A stretch of DNA of 64,000 bases from Gracilinanus agilis (GCF_016433145.1 NC_058131.1:551721117-551785116), one strand, 5' to 3'; shown: positions 45,901-57,876, counted from the stretch's first letter. Program-made: numbers and translations. The notes: generated by a model from the sequence alone, not told the origin.

Positions 45901-48900
45901 TAGTACAGGATATCCTGATCCTTGAGGACTTGTGGGTAGTGGTGGGTTTTATACCCTGTGATTTTTACTCCTTTCCCTTATTAATTAATGACTGGTTGGA
46001 ATTCTTTTTTTGTGAAGACCTTGGCTATAGTCTGAAAGACAAATTCCTATGCCAGCCCTGCTTTCAGGCCCTCCTGGAAGCCAGAGTCTTAGCATATCAG
46101 CTGTGTAGTCCCCCCTCTCCTGTTCACCTTGCTGTCGATGAAAGTGATGCCATCTCGGTGCCCAGCCAGTGCACCCACAGGCTTGGGATCATCTTCACGC
46201 ATGGTGCGCCGGTCCCAAACTTTACAAATGGCATCATCCCCTCCAGAGAACAGGATGTGGGAGCTCGAGTCAGCAAAAGCCACTGCATTCACATCATTGT
46301 CATGAGATTCCATCTAGAGCAAGGAGAAGACAGGCTATCCTAAGTTTTCCTCTTTCTAGCATTCCAGTCAACAGAGATAGAAAACATGATGTTTAGGTCT
46401 CAGGAACAGTACCTGCAATACACGGCGGTTCTGTTCTCTATCAAAGATATAGAGGCATCCATTATTGGCACTGAAAGAAAAAGAGATTTTGGGTTGAGTT
46501 AACAACTGACCAGTATTCTGAAAGTGGCTTCTTTGAAGGTTCTGAGAATTTGTTAAAATTTTATGTTTAAGCTCAAGTCCCTAATCCCATAGAGTCTCTC
46601 TCCAATCCCTCCAATGGAGAAAAGTTGGTCTGAGGCTGAGAAAAAACTTAAGGCCTCAAATCCCTTGTTGGGAGTAGACTAGAAAAGAGGTAAGAAACAC
46701 CTATGTGAAAGTAAGCATGGTTAAAGACCTGTGAGCAACTGGGTTGGGGTTTTGGAATACAGATCTCAAAACCATGTTCAACCTCCAGATTAGAACTGCT
46801 TAATTGTGGAGATCTACCTAAATACTCACCCTCCTAGCACCTCTCGTCCATCTGAGGAGACTGCAATGGAGAAGACAATAAAACTATGTTGATCTGGCCT
46901 AAAAGAGAGTAACAAATTTGTTAGACAGGAAGACTTTTCTTTCAGTCTATATAATCCACTTCAGATCCAAAGAAAGCCATGCACCCCATTTCTGGAGGGA
47001 AACAATAGGGTTCTGCTTATGTGTGTCAGAGTAAGGGCTATCTCAGAGAGAATGCTAGAGTTCTGCTGCATCCATCTACTCCACTCTATTCTTCCTACTG
47101 AGAAGTGATCTGTAGCTCCTACCCAGGGCATCTCCCACTCAGAGGAGCAGATTTTTTTTTTTTTCCTGCTCCCTCCCCTATCAATGTGTGCCTCATTTTC
47201 AGAGAAATTCATTGCAGCTAAGTTTCTGATGGGTCTAGCTGAAGAAGGAAGCCAGTACCTCAGATCCAGGGCAGTGTGTGTGTCTCCCTCCCCGTAGATG
47301 TTGCAGATATGAACTAAGAAGCAAGAGAGACAAGAGTCACTCAAGAGTTTGGGGATGGGCCCCTGTGTAGTTTCAGGGGGCAGAATCAGACTCAAGAGAC
47401 AGAAGTTGAATCAGACAGGAGAGATGAGATATGTTTTAGAAGCAGATTTGAGTTCAATATAAGGAAAGATTTTTTAATAAATTCTGGCTATCCAAAAATG
47501 AAAGGGAAAGCTTTATAAAAATAATGAGTTTCCCCTCACTAGAAGTGTTTGAGCAAATGCATCTATTAGAGATGTTATAAAGATGGTTTCTTCACAGAAT
47601 GGTGAAGCCCTGAATGACATAAAATCTTCATTGTCTTTCTTGAAATCAATACTGTGTCTTGTTTTCAAGGCAGAGGAGCAGTAAGGGGTGGGCAACTGGG
47701 ATTAAGTAAACTGCTAGAAAGCACTTGAGGCCAAATGTGAACCCAGGACCTCTCATCTATAGGCCTGGCTCTCAATCCACTGAGCCACCTAGCTGTCCCT
47801 TCTCTACTTTATAAATGAAGTTAGAACAGCAAAGGAAAGAGAAGGAACACAAGGCAAATTCCATGCAAAAGTTAGGGGGTGTCAGATCATCTGAGAGTAT
47901 GGGCCTCCTATAATGTAGCATGAGAATCTAGCCCAGAGAAAAGAGATGGGAAGATGTAGGATATAGGGACCAAAATGGGAGAAATGATAGGGGTGGTAGG
48001 TATACTCACTGTAATCAGACCAGCTGGAATAGAGGAAGTGGTTCCCATCAGGAGTAAAGGCTACATCTAGAACACTCCAACCTACATCCCGGGCCTTGAT
48101 GCTCTTGAACTTATGGAAGCAGCCATAGCGGCAGTCATATAGCCGAATTGTCTGGTCTGGGAATTGAGAATAGACAAATTTCAGGAAACTTTCTTCCTTC
48201 ACCCTTGGCCACCTAGTATAGTTATGGGATCTTCCTTTTGCTGCAGGGCAGTCAGAATTACATCCTGCTGGCATTTCCCAACATGAGTATCAGAAGGCAA
48301 CTTGAACAGAGGCTTCCCCAATCTATGGGCTGATTGAAATTATTCTCTATTCTGAGTATGGGTTCACAGTTCCCTATTTAAGCAATAGTCGTCTCTGTGT
48401 CCAGGTACCTTGGCAAGCAGATAAGAAGATCTGACCATCCTTGCTGTAGATGCCACAGAAAGCCTTATGGAAATAGGAGTCAGTGAAGCCCAAGTAATTG
48501 GGCAAGAAGCTTAGAAAAAGGAGAAAAATTGTAGTAAGGAGACATCAAGCTAAGGAGGTATCAATGTCAACAGCACCCCAAATAGACCAGTACATGAGGG
48601 CCCCTCCTCTTGGTTTGTAATTCTTTTTTTTTTTTTTTTTTAATCCATAACATCAAGTTTTTTTTTTTTTAAACCCTTAACTTCTGCCTTAGAACCAATA
48701 CTACATAAGAGTAAGGACTAGGCAATGGAGGTTAAGTGACTTGCCCAGGATCACATAGCTAGGAAGTGTCAGAGGCCAGATTTGAACCCAGGACCTTCTG
48801 TCTTTAGGCCTGGCTCTCTATCCATTGAGCTACCCAGCTGCCCCCATCCACCAAGGCTTTTTAACAAATTTTACATTCCTCACCATTTCCTCCGATAGCA

Positions 48901-50947
48901 ATAATTCTCATCCCTCATTTCAATTTTATTAACTCCAACATTCCCTATTAACATCTTAATTTTTAATTTCATCCATTTGGTCCCATCTATTTGTCCCTCT
49001 GGATCTTCCTCAAATATGATACCACCAAATTTGAACTGATAGTAGTATTCCAGCCTTAAACTTACTGAGACATTACTCGAGACCGCTCCCCAGGAGAAAA
49101 ACTGCCATGATGGCAGAGCCCCCGTTCTCTCTGTAGGGAAAAGACATATCAAACTTTTACTGCCAGCTTCAAACTTTTTTTTTTTTAAAGCATTCTCCTC
49201 ATACAAGGTTTGGTTGGCAAACTCCTGACTGCCCTTATATATCTACCCAAATAGTTAACACTTACAAAGCTCTTTAAGGTTTTCATTACTTGATCAAGTT
49301 TCACAATTTTGTGAGATACTCACATTTTCCAGATAGGGAAACTGAAGATTACTGAGGTTAAGTAATTTGCCCAGGGTCAAACATTTGTTAACTGAAGATG
49401 GAGACAAGAACCAGGTCTTCCTGACTCCAAATCCAGCTCTCTATCCATGAAGTACAGGTAAGGAAGCTTACCTGGTGCAACATTCTAGGAAAGCTGTACT
49501 CTTGTGTTAGCTTATTTGATCCCAGCTGTCCTGTGGCCAGTTTTACTTGGGTCTTGATCTCATTGCATTCCAGCTCTCGGGTGTCGGGGTTTGAGTCCAC
49601 TGTAAGAAGACCAAGCCCTTGCCTCAGTCTTTTAAGTCACAGAGGACAGAAGAGGATAAATTGGCAAGAAGGGGACAAGGATGGCAAGGCCCGACCATGA
49701 AGGGAGGGAATGAGGTTCAAAGGATTCTCTTCATCCCCATAACTGATCTTCCTCCCTTCTTCTTTTGACTCCAACCTTTTGTACCTAAATTTTGTTTTGC
49801 AGACTGCTGATCTACAATTCTAGGAGCTAAGTACCCTTTCTTCTTACCAGGTGGATTGTATCTGTCACCGAGACGACCCTCCCAAGTGCTGTCATTGTCA
49901 TCATCTGAGTCAGAGAGTGTATGGATGAGCTGCAGGCTGGTGGCACCAACTTCCTGTACCAGTCTCACCTGGCCCCTGTGGAGAGACCTCATGGCAGGGG
50001 ATGATCCCTCAATACTAACCAACTCAAACTCAGAATCTCACATTCCCATCTCTATTATTAGGGACCCCAAGATAACTATTTGGGCGCTATCAGGTTGTAG
50101 AAGTCTATTCTTGGAAGCAGGGCTAGGAGTAAAATCTTAGGGACTGTATTTGAGGAGATTTCTGGAAATGTTAAGCTGAGATTCTAGAGCCAAAAGTTAT
50201 GGAGTTTTGACTTTACCAGAAGAATTCTACATTGTACAAAGAATTCTGAAGGGATCTTCTGGATCTCATCTTCCTAAATTCCATAATCTCAGGCCATCTT
50301 TAGGCAATAGTCTTTCCCCCAAGATATAAAACTAGGCACAGTCCTTCTCCACTGTTTCTTCATAAGGATCACTTACTTTACCAATTCTTCCCTTTAGTTT
50401 AGTGTTGGAGCTAGGTCAGTTTAAACTTGTTTCTTTTTTTAAGTCCGTATAGGGTCCCTATCACATACTTAGGTCCACTACATCTTTCACCCAGCTTTCA
50501 CTCCCTCTTTCCTCTGTTTACTTACTTGGGAACTCAGGCACATTTATGCAACCAAAGTGAACGCTACTAAAAAAAGAGTTCCCTCACCTACTTGAGCAAG
50601 GCATGGCTAGTAGTAAGCCCATCATTGTGCCACCTCTCCCCAAGCTTAATACTGCTGGTCTCATTAGGAAGAGACTGGAGACCAACAAATTTGGGGAGCC
50701 TCAAGCAAGGAAAATTTTCTTTCCTCTCTCAGAGGCCTAGTGCTGAGGTGCTGCTCCCTGTTCCCTATCTTGGGTAGTTTAGCTTCCCTGTCCTGAATGG
50801 GGAGTGAAAGGGGGTTTTATACTAGAGAGTGAGTTACCTGGGGAGGAAATAGGCCAGATCCACATCGTCATCTTCTTCTCTGTACCAAGGCTCATATCTC
50901 CCATACGGGGAGGCCTCTGAGGCACTGCTGTTGCCTGGAGAGTCCAT
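42997..50947 (-). CDS. DCAF11: DDB1- and CUL4-associated factor 11 (WDR23), 531 aa
   Basis: 14 coding exons: 50838-50947, 49848-49975, 49472-49599, 49066-49130, 48409-48509, 48010-48156, 47259-47313, 46830-46898, 46413-46470, 46128-46313, 45459-45612, 44349-44501, 43251-43357, 42997-43131. Total 1596 nt; WDxR motifs VWDRR and LWDIR; ends YSSPQ*. The start ATG (CAGAAGATGG) is inferred from similarity. Confidence 0.95.
44560..45430 (+). mobile_element. L1 3' fragment in a DCAF11 intron, hosting a young SINE at 44794-44972
   Basis: SINE TSD aaaaaaatgtggt at 44781-44793 and 44973-44985; A-tail near 45420-45438. Confidence 0.85.
47621..47799 (-). mobile_element. Older SINE1_Mdo-like
   Basis: …ctcaatccactgagccacctagctgtccc. 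Confidence 0.8.
48658..48845 (-). mobile_element. SINE1_Mdo-like
   Basis: poly-T + aaacccttaac… to …ctacccagctgccccc. Confidence 0.85.
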
Positions 50948-51399
50948 CTTCTGGTCACAGCATCCTCCACATGCGTGCTGGAGCCTGTCCTCTTCTTGGG
51001 TCTGATGGGGTGCTACCCTGGAGACTCCTGAATGCTGTGTATATGGGAGGAGGAGAGGCAACTGCTCCTCTTCAGGGTTAGGGGTCCTTTCTCCTTGGCC
51101 AGTGACAGCTCCCAGGACTCCAGGAACCGGGACGGACCTGCAGCCTGGAAAGCCCAAAAAAGCCGGGGGGAGGGTCGAGGATCACTCCCGTACCGCCAAG
51201 TGACACCCTCACCCACCAATCACAGCCCTTGGTGGGGAGATTCCTTAGGTTCACCTCCGAGCTCACCTAGCAAAGCCCCAGGGGGAGGGGAAGGGAGAAG
51301 GGGGAGATCCCCAGGAGACCACCAATCAGAACTCTCCTGGAGGAAGAATCTTATCCACCAATCAGAGAGCTCTATTGCTACAGCCGGCAGAGGCGAAAG

Positions 51400-52520
51400 C
51401 CAATGAAGTTAGAATCCGGCTTAACAGCCCTCCCCCCACAACTCCCCCCGACTCCCGGCCACGTGGTATGTCCGGGGTGTGTACAAGGAGTTGGGGGGGG
51501 GATCAGGGTTCCTCCCGCCCAAGGGAGCGGTTAATGGTTAGCCCGCAACCCCCCACCCCGACAAGGGTAGCACAAAAGCCCCAGCGGCATAGAGGGCGGC
51601 GCGCGAGGCCTGGTTATATATATCCACGGCGTTTCCCCCAACGGCTCTACCAGCTTCGCGCGGCTCCGTCACGCACCTCTCTGATTCCCGGGCTCGCCTC
51701 CCGCTTGCGTCACGCGATCGGCCATATCTGTCCCCGCCCACCTTTAGTCCGATCACTGGATGGCGGGTTCGAGTGATTGACAAGTGGGCGGAACTAAGTG
51801 GGTTTGTTATGGAGGGGAGGAGGCGGGGAAAGCAGTTGTTGGAGGAGGAGCGCGTGTGCGTGTGTGTTCGAAGCGCTAGTGGAAGGGCGGGGGCGGGGAG
51901 GGGGAAACAGGAGGGCAGTGTAGGGGAGCGGAGCGTAATGTTGTTGACGCTTGTTTCCGAGGGTAGGAATAGATGGGGAACCCACAGGGTGGGCGCGGCC
52001 GCGAATTCTTCCGGGGTTGTGCTTCTTAGGGAAGAAAGGGAGAGGCAGGATATGCTAATTACTAGCCTTGGATTGGCTAGTTAGGCGCCTCGGGGTTGGC
52101 CTTCACCTAGGCTCTATCTACGGCACTATTTGAAGTCAGTCCCTAAAGTGGCAAGTTCTTCGGGATCCACACTTTTCAGATGATCCCAAAGCCTCCGTTT
52201 GCGCACCTTATCCTCCCTGGTCTCCGCCAAGGCCCCCAGAGCTTTTGTGGCTATTGTACCCTGCTACTAGCGCTCCTGAGGAGACTACCCAGTGTCATCG
52301 TGTGTATCAGGGGAACCTGGAGCCCCAAAAGACTGCTTCCAAAGCTGGAGCCCGGCCAAAATCTCAAACCCGCTCGTGGTTGGGAGTACACCGCCCTGCC
52401 TGGACTTGTTCCTCCAGACCCCCTTATGACCGACTACCCCTCACCTAACCCCCAGGAGAGGCGCCCCTAAATCTGCCTCTTCGGGTCTAAACATGGCCGC
52501 TTCGCTCCTTGCCCCCCCCC
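51400..52520. promoter_or_regulatory. DCAF11 CpG-island promoter
   Basis: Dense CpG; CGTCACGC twice, GC boxes, ETS-like GCGGAAC, YY1-like GATGGCGG (51759) and AAACATGGCCGC (52489-52500). Confidence 0.7.
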
Positions 52521-53789
52521 CCTCCCCTGAACGCACTTGACCTTGAGCTTTTGCTGTTGACTTGCTTCTCCGCCCCTTTTCCAGAGTGTTTGTATGTTTG
52601 TGAATCTTCTCTCTTTGCACTGCCCAGAGGTTTGCAGAGCTCCTCTAAACTCTTACCCCTCCCCCATCACCCCAAAGGGATGAGTGCAGGGTCCAAGGTC
52701 TTGTTCAGCCCCCCTTCCCCCAACACTCTCCCTCTCCTGATCAGGGATCCCAGCTCCCACCCTCCCCTCCTTCTCCAAGTTAATATGTAACTAGGATTTG
52801 GGTCCAAGGTGGAGAACTGCCACGCCTGGGGGAGCCCACCCCAGATTGGAGGTATGGGGAGGCAAAGTCCCATTGTTGTGCTGAGCTAGCAGAGGCCTTC
52901 TTCCAAACCAGAGGGCAACTCTCAGGACCCTCACCCTCTACCCTACAACCTACTTGTAGGTACCTGGCCTGGTTTTCGGTAATTCATTTCTCTATCACAT
53001 ATTTATGACACATTAGGTTAGAGTGTATTCTTCATAGAATCAAAGAACTGGAGATTTGGAAGGGAGCTGGGCCAGGTGGTTGGGGGTGGCATCCAGTCTA
53101 ATCCATAAACAAAAGGAATCCTCACATTGCCTACCAAGCTTGAAGGCCTCCAAAAAGTGCAAGCCCACCACCTCTTGAGGAAGCCCATTCCAACTTTAAA
53201 CCCTTACTTTCTGTTTTAGTAACAACTTTTAAGACAGAATGGCGAGAGGTAGGCAAATGGGGGTTGTGTTTATGGAATCTCCAAGTTTACCCCTGTCCCT
53301 TCTGAACTTGCCTCAAGGGAAGTTCCTTGTTTTAGGCTGAACAATAAACCTTAAAGTACCCATCTCATCTTAGGTAGAATTAGTAGATATAACCAAATCT
53401 TAAGTACCCCTTTGTCTTAGAAGTTTCTCTCATTGTATCAGAGGCCTCTCCCAGGTAGTCCAGCAATGACTGGAATCCTTCTTGTTATCCATTGTAAAGC
53501 ATCAACTTCTCCCTGGCCCTTCCCTTTTCCCATCAATTGGGAAAATCAGTCAATTGAACCTTCCTGTCCTATAGTCTCTAAAAGTTATATAAGACCTCAA
53601 GTTCTTCAGCTCATTGGAAAATCTCCTTTTGAGGTGTTTTTTTTTTTTTTTCTGGGATACTTTGTTCCCAGAGTCCCAGAACCTTGTCTGTGTAGTGTCT
53701 AGCGCTTGACTCTGTAGTGACCCACCAGAGCATTGTCTTCCTTGTTCTGAGTAAAAACTTTCTAACTACTTTAGTGGTTCTGTGTTTTT

Positions 53790-55200
53790 CAGTGTTGATA
53801 GGAGTAAGTGACTTGTGTGAGACACATCTAGAAAAGATTTGATGTCAAATTTGAGCCCAGGTCTTTCAGACTCCAGGCCTGGTACTTTTCCACCCTGCTA
53901 TCTAGCTACCCCTCCTCTATAATTTTTAAAGTGTTTTATTTTACATTGTTCCCATTTATTGTGTAGTTATGCTATGTAGATTTTATAGCATGAACATAGT
54001 ATATTGTAGTATGCAGTATATCTGATAAAGTCCTTATTATGTGCCAGGCACAGGTGCTATAATTATCACTATTATATAGTTGGGGAAATCAAGGCAAACA
54101 GGCTAAGTGACTTGCCCAGGGTTATACAACTAGAAAGTGACTGAGGCTGGATTTGAACTCAGTTCTTCCTGACTTTAAGCACAATGCTCTATCCACTGCC
54201 CTACCTTGCTGCCCCTAAATATGATCTAAGGCAGTGTGATATGGGAAGAGATGTTGACTAGGAGGAAGGATACATATAGTGTCAATGAGGAGGGACTTCA
54301 GAGGCCTAACTCCTCCTGGAATTCACTTGTTCTTTCTGTGATGTCCCAGACAGGGGCCATCTAGAGGTAGCCTTTACTAGAAGACTTCTTGGGATAGGGA
54401 TTTCTCCTTATGGATCCTGGTACAGAATGGCTTCAGATTTCCCCAACATCACTTGTCTCTAGACAATACTAGCTTTCAGCTTCCCTCCTAAAATGTCATA
54501 CCCAAATGTAAAAAGTATTCCAGGAATGGCCTCCTTAGGGCCCAATCCCATGTCTCTTCTGTCTCCCTCATTTTGGCCATTGGATTGCTCTCTCTCTCTC
54601 TTTTTTTTTTTTGAAACCTTTATCTTCCATCTTGGAATTGATATTAAGTATGGGTTTTAAAGGCAGAAGAGTGATAAGGACTGGTATTCGGATTTAAGTG
54701 GTTTGCCCAGGGTCATACAGCTAGGAAGTGTCCGAGGGCAGATCTGAACCCAGGACCTCTTGTCTGGGCCTGACTTTCTATCCCTGAGACACCTCTTGGC
54801 CTCAAAAGATACTAGAGTGGTTTACCATTTCTTTATGCAGTTTATTTTATAGATGAGGATTAAGTGACTTGCCCAGGGTCTCACAACTAGTAAGAATCTG
54901 CAACTGGATTTGAACTAAGGTCTTTCAGACTTCAGGCTCAGTGCTTTATCAACTAACTGCACCATTGGACTCCTTAATGCAGCCTGAGACCAAGTTAGCT
55001 TTCTTACCCAAATTGTCTCATTGCAGACATAAATCAGGACCTATACTGCATAAGACTGTGTAACCCTACATTACTAATTAGCCAAATGACCCTGGGCAAG
55101 TCACCAAAATTTTCTGGGTCTCAGTTTCTTTATCTACAAAACGGGGAAAATACTTTTCTTACCTATTTCACAGCATTGTAAGAAAATACCAGCAATCTCC
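53790..55200. mobile_element. Cluster of MIR/MAR1/SINE1 fragments
   Basis: Repeated gtgacttgcccagggt cores at about 54105, 54700 and 54865, and gaccctgggcaagtcac at 55089. Confidence 0.7.
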
Positions 55201-55590
55201 TTATGTGAGAGTCCTTTTGTGAACTAGTTGTAAAGAGCTAGTTATAACAAGGTGTTATTATTACTCAAAGTAATGAAATTGTATTATTGAAACAGGTTTT
55301 ATAATTCAAGCTTTTAAAATCAGATTTCTTCCCCCTCACACTCCTCAGAATGGGGGAGGCAAAACCCTATTATGATTTGCTTCTCTTGGCTTGGGGAGCC
55401 TTCTTTTTAATATGCTGATGTGTTATCTCTTCCCAGCTGTGTGAAAGGAAAGGGCCATTGTCTTATTTCTTCTATTTCTCCCCACCCCCTCTCCGGCGTT
55501 TTCCCCATCCTCCACTGTGGCAGTGCTGAATAGCTTCTCAGTGCCTTTGACTGCCTGGTGTTAGGTCACTTTTCCTGCTCGCTTGCATCT

Positions 55591-55604
55591 CCACCAGAGG
55601 GCAG
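55591..55604 (+). promoter_or_regulatory. CTCF core motif CCACCAGAGGGCAG
   Basis: Matches CCASYAGRKGGCRS; sits in non-repetitive sequence. Confidence 0.6.
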
Positions 55605-56621
55605 ATGGGGGTAAGCCAAGACAGTCAATTGGCCATTCACCCATTAAAGATTCCTGGCTCCCCACCAGCAAGTCAGCCTACCTACTGCACTGAATTATTG
55701 GGCAAGTGTAGTTCTCTCTGGTTTGGAGCAACCTGATGAGTTTTCATGCAGTGAGAAACACCACTGTGGCTGCTTATGCTGTTTAATTCATACCCAGTCC
55801 TGGCCAGGAGGAAGAAATATATTTTCTCCCAATTATCTTTGGCTTGAAGTGATCTAGACTAATCTTACTGTCTTCATTAAAATCATTTATTGAGGCTCAA
55901 TTGTGCATGGGGGTGTATAAACACTGAGATACTATCTTTGTCCTTCAGGTGCTGTTACTCCCCAGAATGACTACAAGGTAGGGGAATACTTGTTCCTTTC
56001 CCCTTTGCTCAGATAATGTATTTCTAAACCTTTAAACATGCCTTTGAATCTCACTGTGCACACTAAAATGGGACTCAAGACTGCAACTTGACAAGCATTG
56101 AATAGCATTTTACCTCGAAGTTATGTGATATTTATGAAGCCCGTGATTGTGATTTTTAAATAGTAAACAGCTTGGGTAATTGAGATTGTTTTCTCTTGAA
56201 TGCTGTATTCTTCCCCCCCCCCCCCCTTGTTTTTATTCTTTCTAGTTTTATAATCATTTTGAACTTTACTTTAAGTTGGTGGTCTGACTACATAGTCAAC
56301 CGATTCAGGAGTTATCTCCTACATTAGTAATGAATTGTTTCCTTTAAAAATAGAATTAATTTTTTACATTATTTACATGTCTATTACCTCCTAAAATCTT
56401 CTTGAAGAAAATATTCACTTATATAGACTTGAGAGTTCTGTACAGCCACTATTTGGCTTTTTTATTTCTTATTTTGAAACATTTTCCAACATTTCCCCAC
56501 TATTGTTCCATGTTTATTGTTGCACTGAAACCACCAAATATCAAAGAACATTTTTGTTTTGTTGCTTAAAAAAAAATAACCTATCTTCTGTCTTAGTATC
56601 AGTTCTAACACAGGTCTAGGC

Positions 56622-56840
56622 CAGTGTTGGCCAACCTCTTAGAGACTGCATGCCCAAACTGTACCTTCAAGCTGCCTGTGAGCCCACCCCCATTACTTCA
56701 AAATGGAGAAAGTACTTGCATTGGGCTGCCAGGCAGAGAGGCAGGGCAGGAAAAAAATGTCCTCAAGTGTAGTAGACAGGGAGAATAGAGCAGCACTCCC
56801 CATGCCCCTGGGGCATGTGTGCCAGGACTTCACCAAGGAG
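56622..56840. mobile_element. Degenerate hAT MITE inserted inside a SINE (about 56575-56960)
   Basis: Left TIR cagtgttggccaacct; perfect 8-bp TSD gtctaggc at 56614-56621 and 56841-56848; internal cttagagactgcatgcccaaactg resembles the other hAT1-like copies. Confidence 0.8.
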
Positions 56841-57151
56841 GTCTAGGCAATCAGGGTTAAATGACTTGCCCAGGGTCACACAGCTAAGAGGGGTCTGAGA
56901 TCAAATTTGAACCCAGGTCCTTTCAACTCCAGGCCTGTTGTTCTATTCATTCTACCTACCTGCCCCAATCAAAGTATATTTTGATTTAATTTGGTGGTTA
57001 TTTTGGTAGTGTTGTATGATTGCAAGTGATGACTACCACAATCTCTGAAGAAGTAAAGTTGAGAATCACTCAAAGGACAATGGAGAAGCCAGTGGAATGG
57101 ATTTGAGCAGGCTACAGTATATTATATAAATGAAGAATTGTACAGGAGAAG

Positions 57152-57876
57152 TATAAGGGTTAAAAATTATTCTGGTTGGACTGAATATTTAATAGGGTGG
57201 TCGCCAGGAATTTAATTAATTCCAAATGATTTTTTAGCAATTTATTTATAAAATAGAGGGAAAGAGTGAAAGTAAGAATTTCAGAGAGAGGATAGAGTAA
57301 GGGATCTGGCTTAACAAGCTAGACTATGTGCTCAAGCCCTGGCTTACTCCGGCAGGGCTCCAGTAGCCCTAGCCCAAGGGCCTAAGGGTCAGTTAACAAG
57401 AGTTTTAGCCATGAGGCCTCCTCCAGACCTTCCAGAGGCTAGTACCTTCCAGAGGCTAGTACCTCCAGGGGCCCTTCCAGAGGCTAGTACCTCCAGGAAA
57501 AAGCCAAGGAAGGGAGTCAGCCCTTTCACTCACCCATAAGTTCTAAGGAGAAATATAAAGCAGTCCAAGGTCCTCAGCCAGAACTCTTTCAAGGTCCAGT
57601 TCAAGGCGAAAGAGTGAGTACCAGGAAGTTCTTGCAATTTATAAAGACCATTCCTTTTGTCACTTCCTGTGCCTTTCTCCCATTTTATGTGTACCAATCA
57701 CAACAAAAGCTTTGCTTAGGACTGCCCAGGGGGCAATCAGTAGATTCTGATTCGTCACCCACTTTTGCACATGTGGGTTACAGACCTCCCCCACTCAAGT
57801 ATACACTTGATGGGTGTGTATACTTTTGGTGATTAAATCTAAAATGGGCAGGGTAGAGTTAATCCCATCTTCACAA
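57152..57876 (-). mobile_element. ERV 3' LTR (about 725 bp), with internal remnant extending to about 58510
   Basis: On the - strand: PPT aaagggggat then TGTGAAG…; TATAAA at 57638-57645; AATAAA at 57241-57246; end …aacccttata; internal 17-bp tandem ccttccagaggctagta x3 at about 57428-57490. Confidence 0.8.

Noticed and set aside
57428-57495. 17-bp direct repeats x3 resembling a CRISPR array
   Set aside because: Eukaryotic LTR tandem duplication, with no unique spacers or cas genes.
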